The notes under the pieces are model-generated. The model worked only from the letters and a program-made list of their open reading frames with translations, did not search any database and had not been told where the DNA came from. A program made the position numbers and the translations under genes. Of a DNA stretch of 64,000 nucleotides, positions 63,454-64,000 are shown piece by piece. The number at the start of each line of letters is the position of its first letter. The stretch's first letter is position 1. The stretch is from Ramazzottius varieornatus (lineage: Eukaryota; Animalia; Tardigrada): assembly GCA_001949185.1 (NCBI GenBank), contig BDGG01000003.1, positions 783,577 through 847,576 of the forward strand, read 5' to 3'.

Positions 63454-64000
63454 CTGCAATTAGACAGAGAGTATAAACGATGCTAAGTGATGCCAAATTG
63501 TAGGGAAATGCCAATATGCCTTCGAAGGCTCTAGCAGATCACAGGGCATTGCCAATTGGCAAAGGATTTCACCCAGATCTTCATCTCAATTGGCGCACGC
63601 TTTCAGTGTTAGCGGCTGAGAGCTTGCGCTACTTGGAGAAATACTCTTGCCGGCTTGGGTTCTTTCCCAAGTGGCGCACGTTTCGATTTTAATAACCGAC
63701 AGCGTGCGCCACTTGGAGAGCTGATGTCGGCAGGTTTGTCTGCCTAGGTCACATTAGACTGCACAAAGAACGTAGAATAACAACTAATTAAGGAAATCGA
63801 CTGCCTGAGTTTTTCTAAAAACCCAGCAATGAACCAAGATGTAATAGTTGTCTTCGGATAACTGTAAAGTGATTATATTTTCTGAGGATATTCTACACGC
63901 AAAAATTTTGATGAATGGTTTATTTTAGTATTTTGCTACGGAATTTAGGGTGATGCCTTCTAAAGTCCATCATGGTGGTTAATACAATATCAGAACCGAC

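Overview
Compact invertebrate (eukaryotic) genomic DNA with many short GT-AG introns. The gene style is compatible with a tardigrade-like ecdysozoan, but that is inference only. Genes rebuilt by hand, in order: a disrupted plant-type UDP-glycosyltransferase (-), two tandem rhabdomeric-type opsins (-), an orphan single-TM ORF (+), a GnRH-superfamily (AKH/ACP-like) receptor (-), a class I phosphatidylinositol transfer protein (-) head-to-head with a G9a/EHMT-like SET protein (+), an insulin/IGF receptor (+), a secreted flavin amine/L-amino-acid oxidase (+), two tandem alpha-carbonic anhydrases (-), and the 3' part of a protein with three class-B GPCR hormone-binding (HRM) ectodomains (-). Several non-autonomous DNA transposons (Tc1/mariner-, Harbinger- and hAT-type), a ~230-bp-arm foldback and a family of fixed-spacer palindromes are interspersed. 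The most notable items are the triple-HRM protein, which has no 7TM domain and a GPI-like tail (a candidate peptide-hormone decoy or co-receptor), and the two opsins, which keep Lys296 but lack an acidic residue at every known counterion site checked. Exon boundaries were read by eye and may be off by a few bases.
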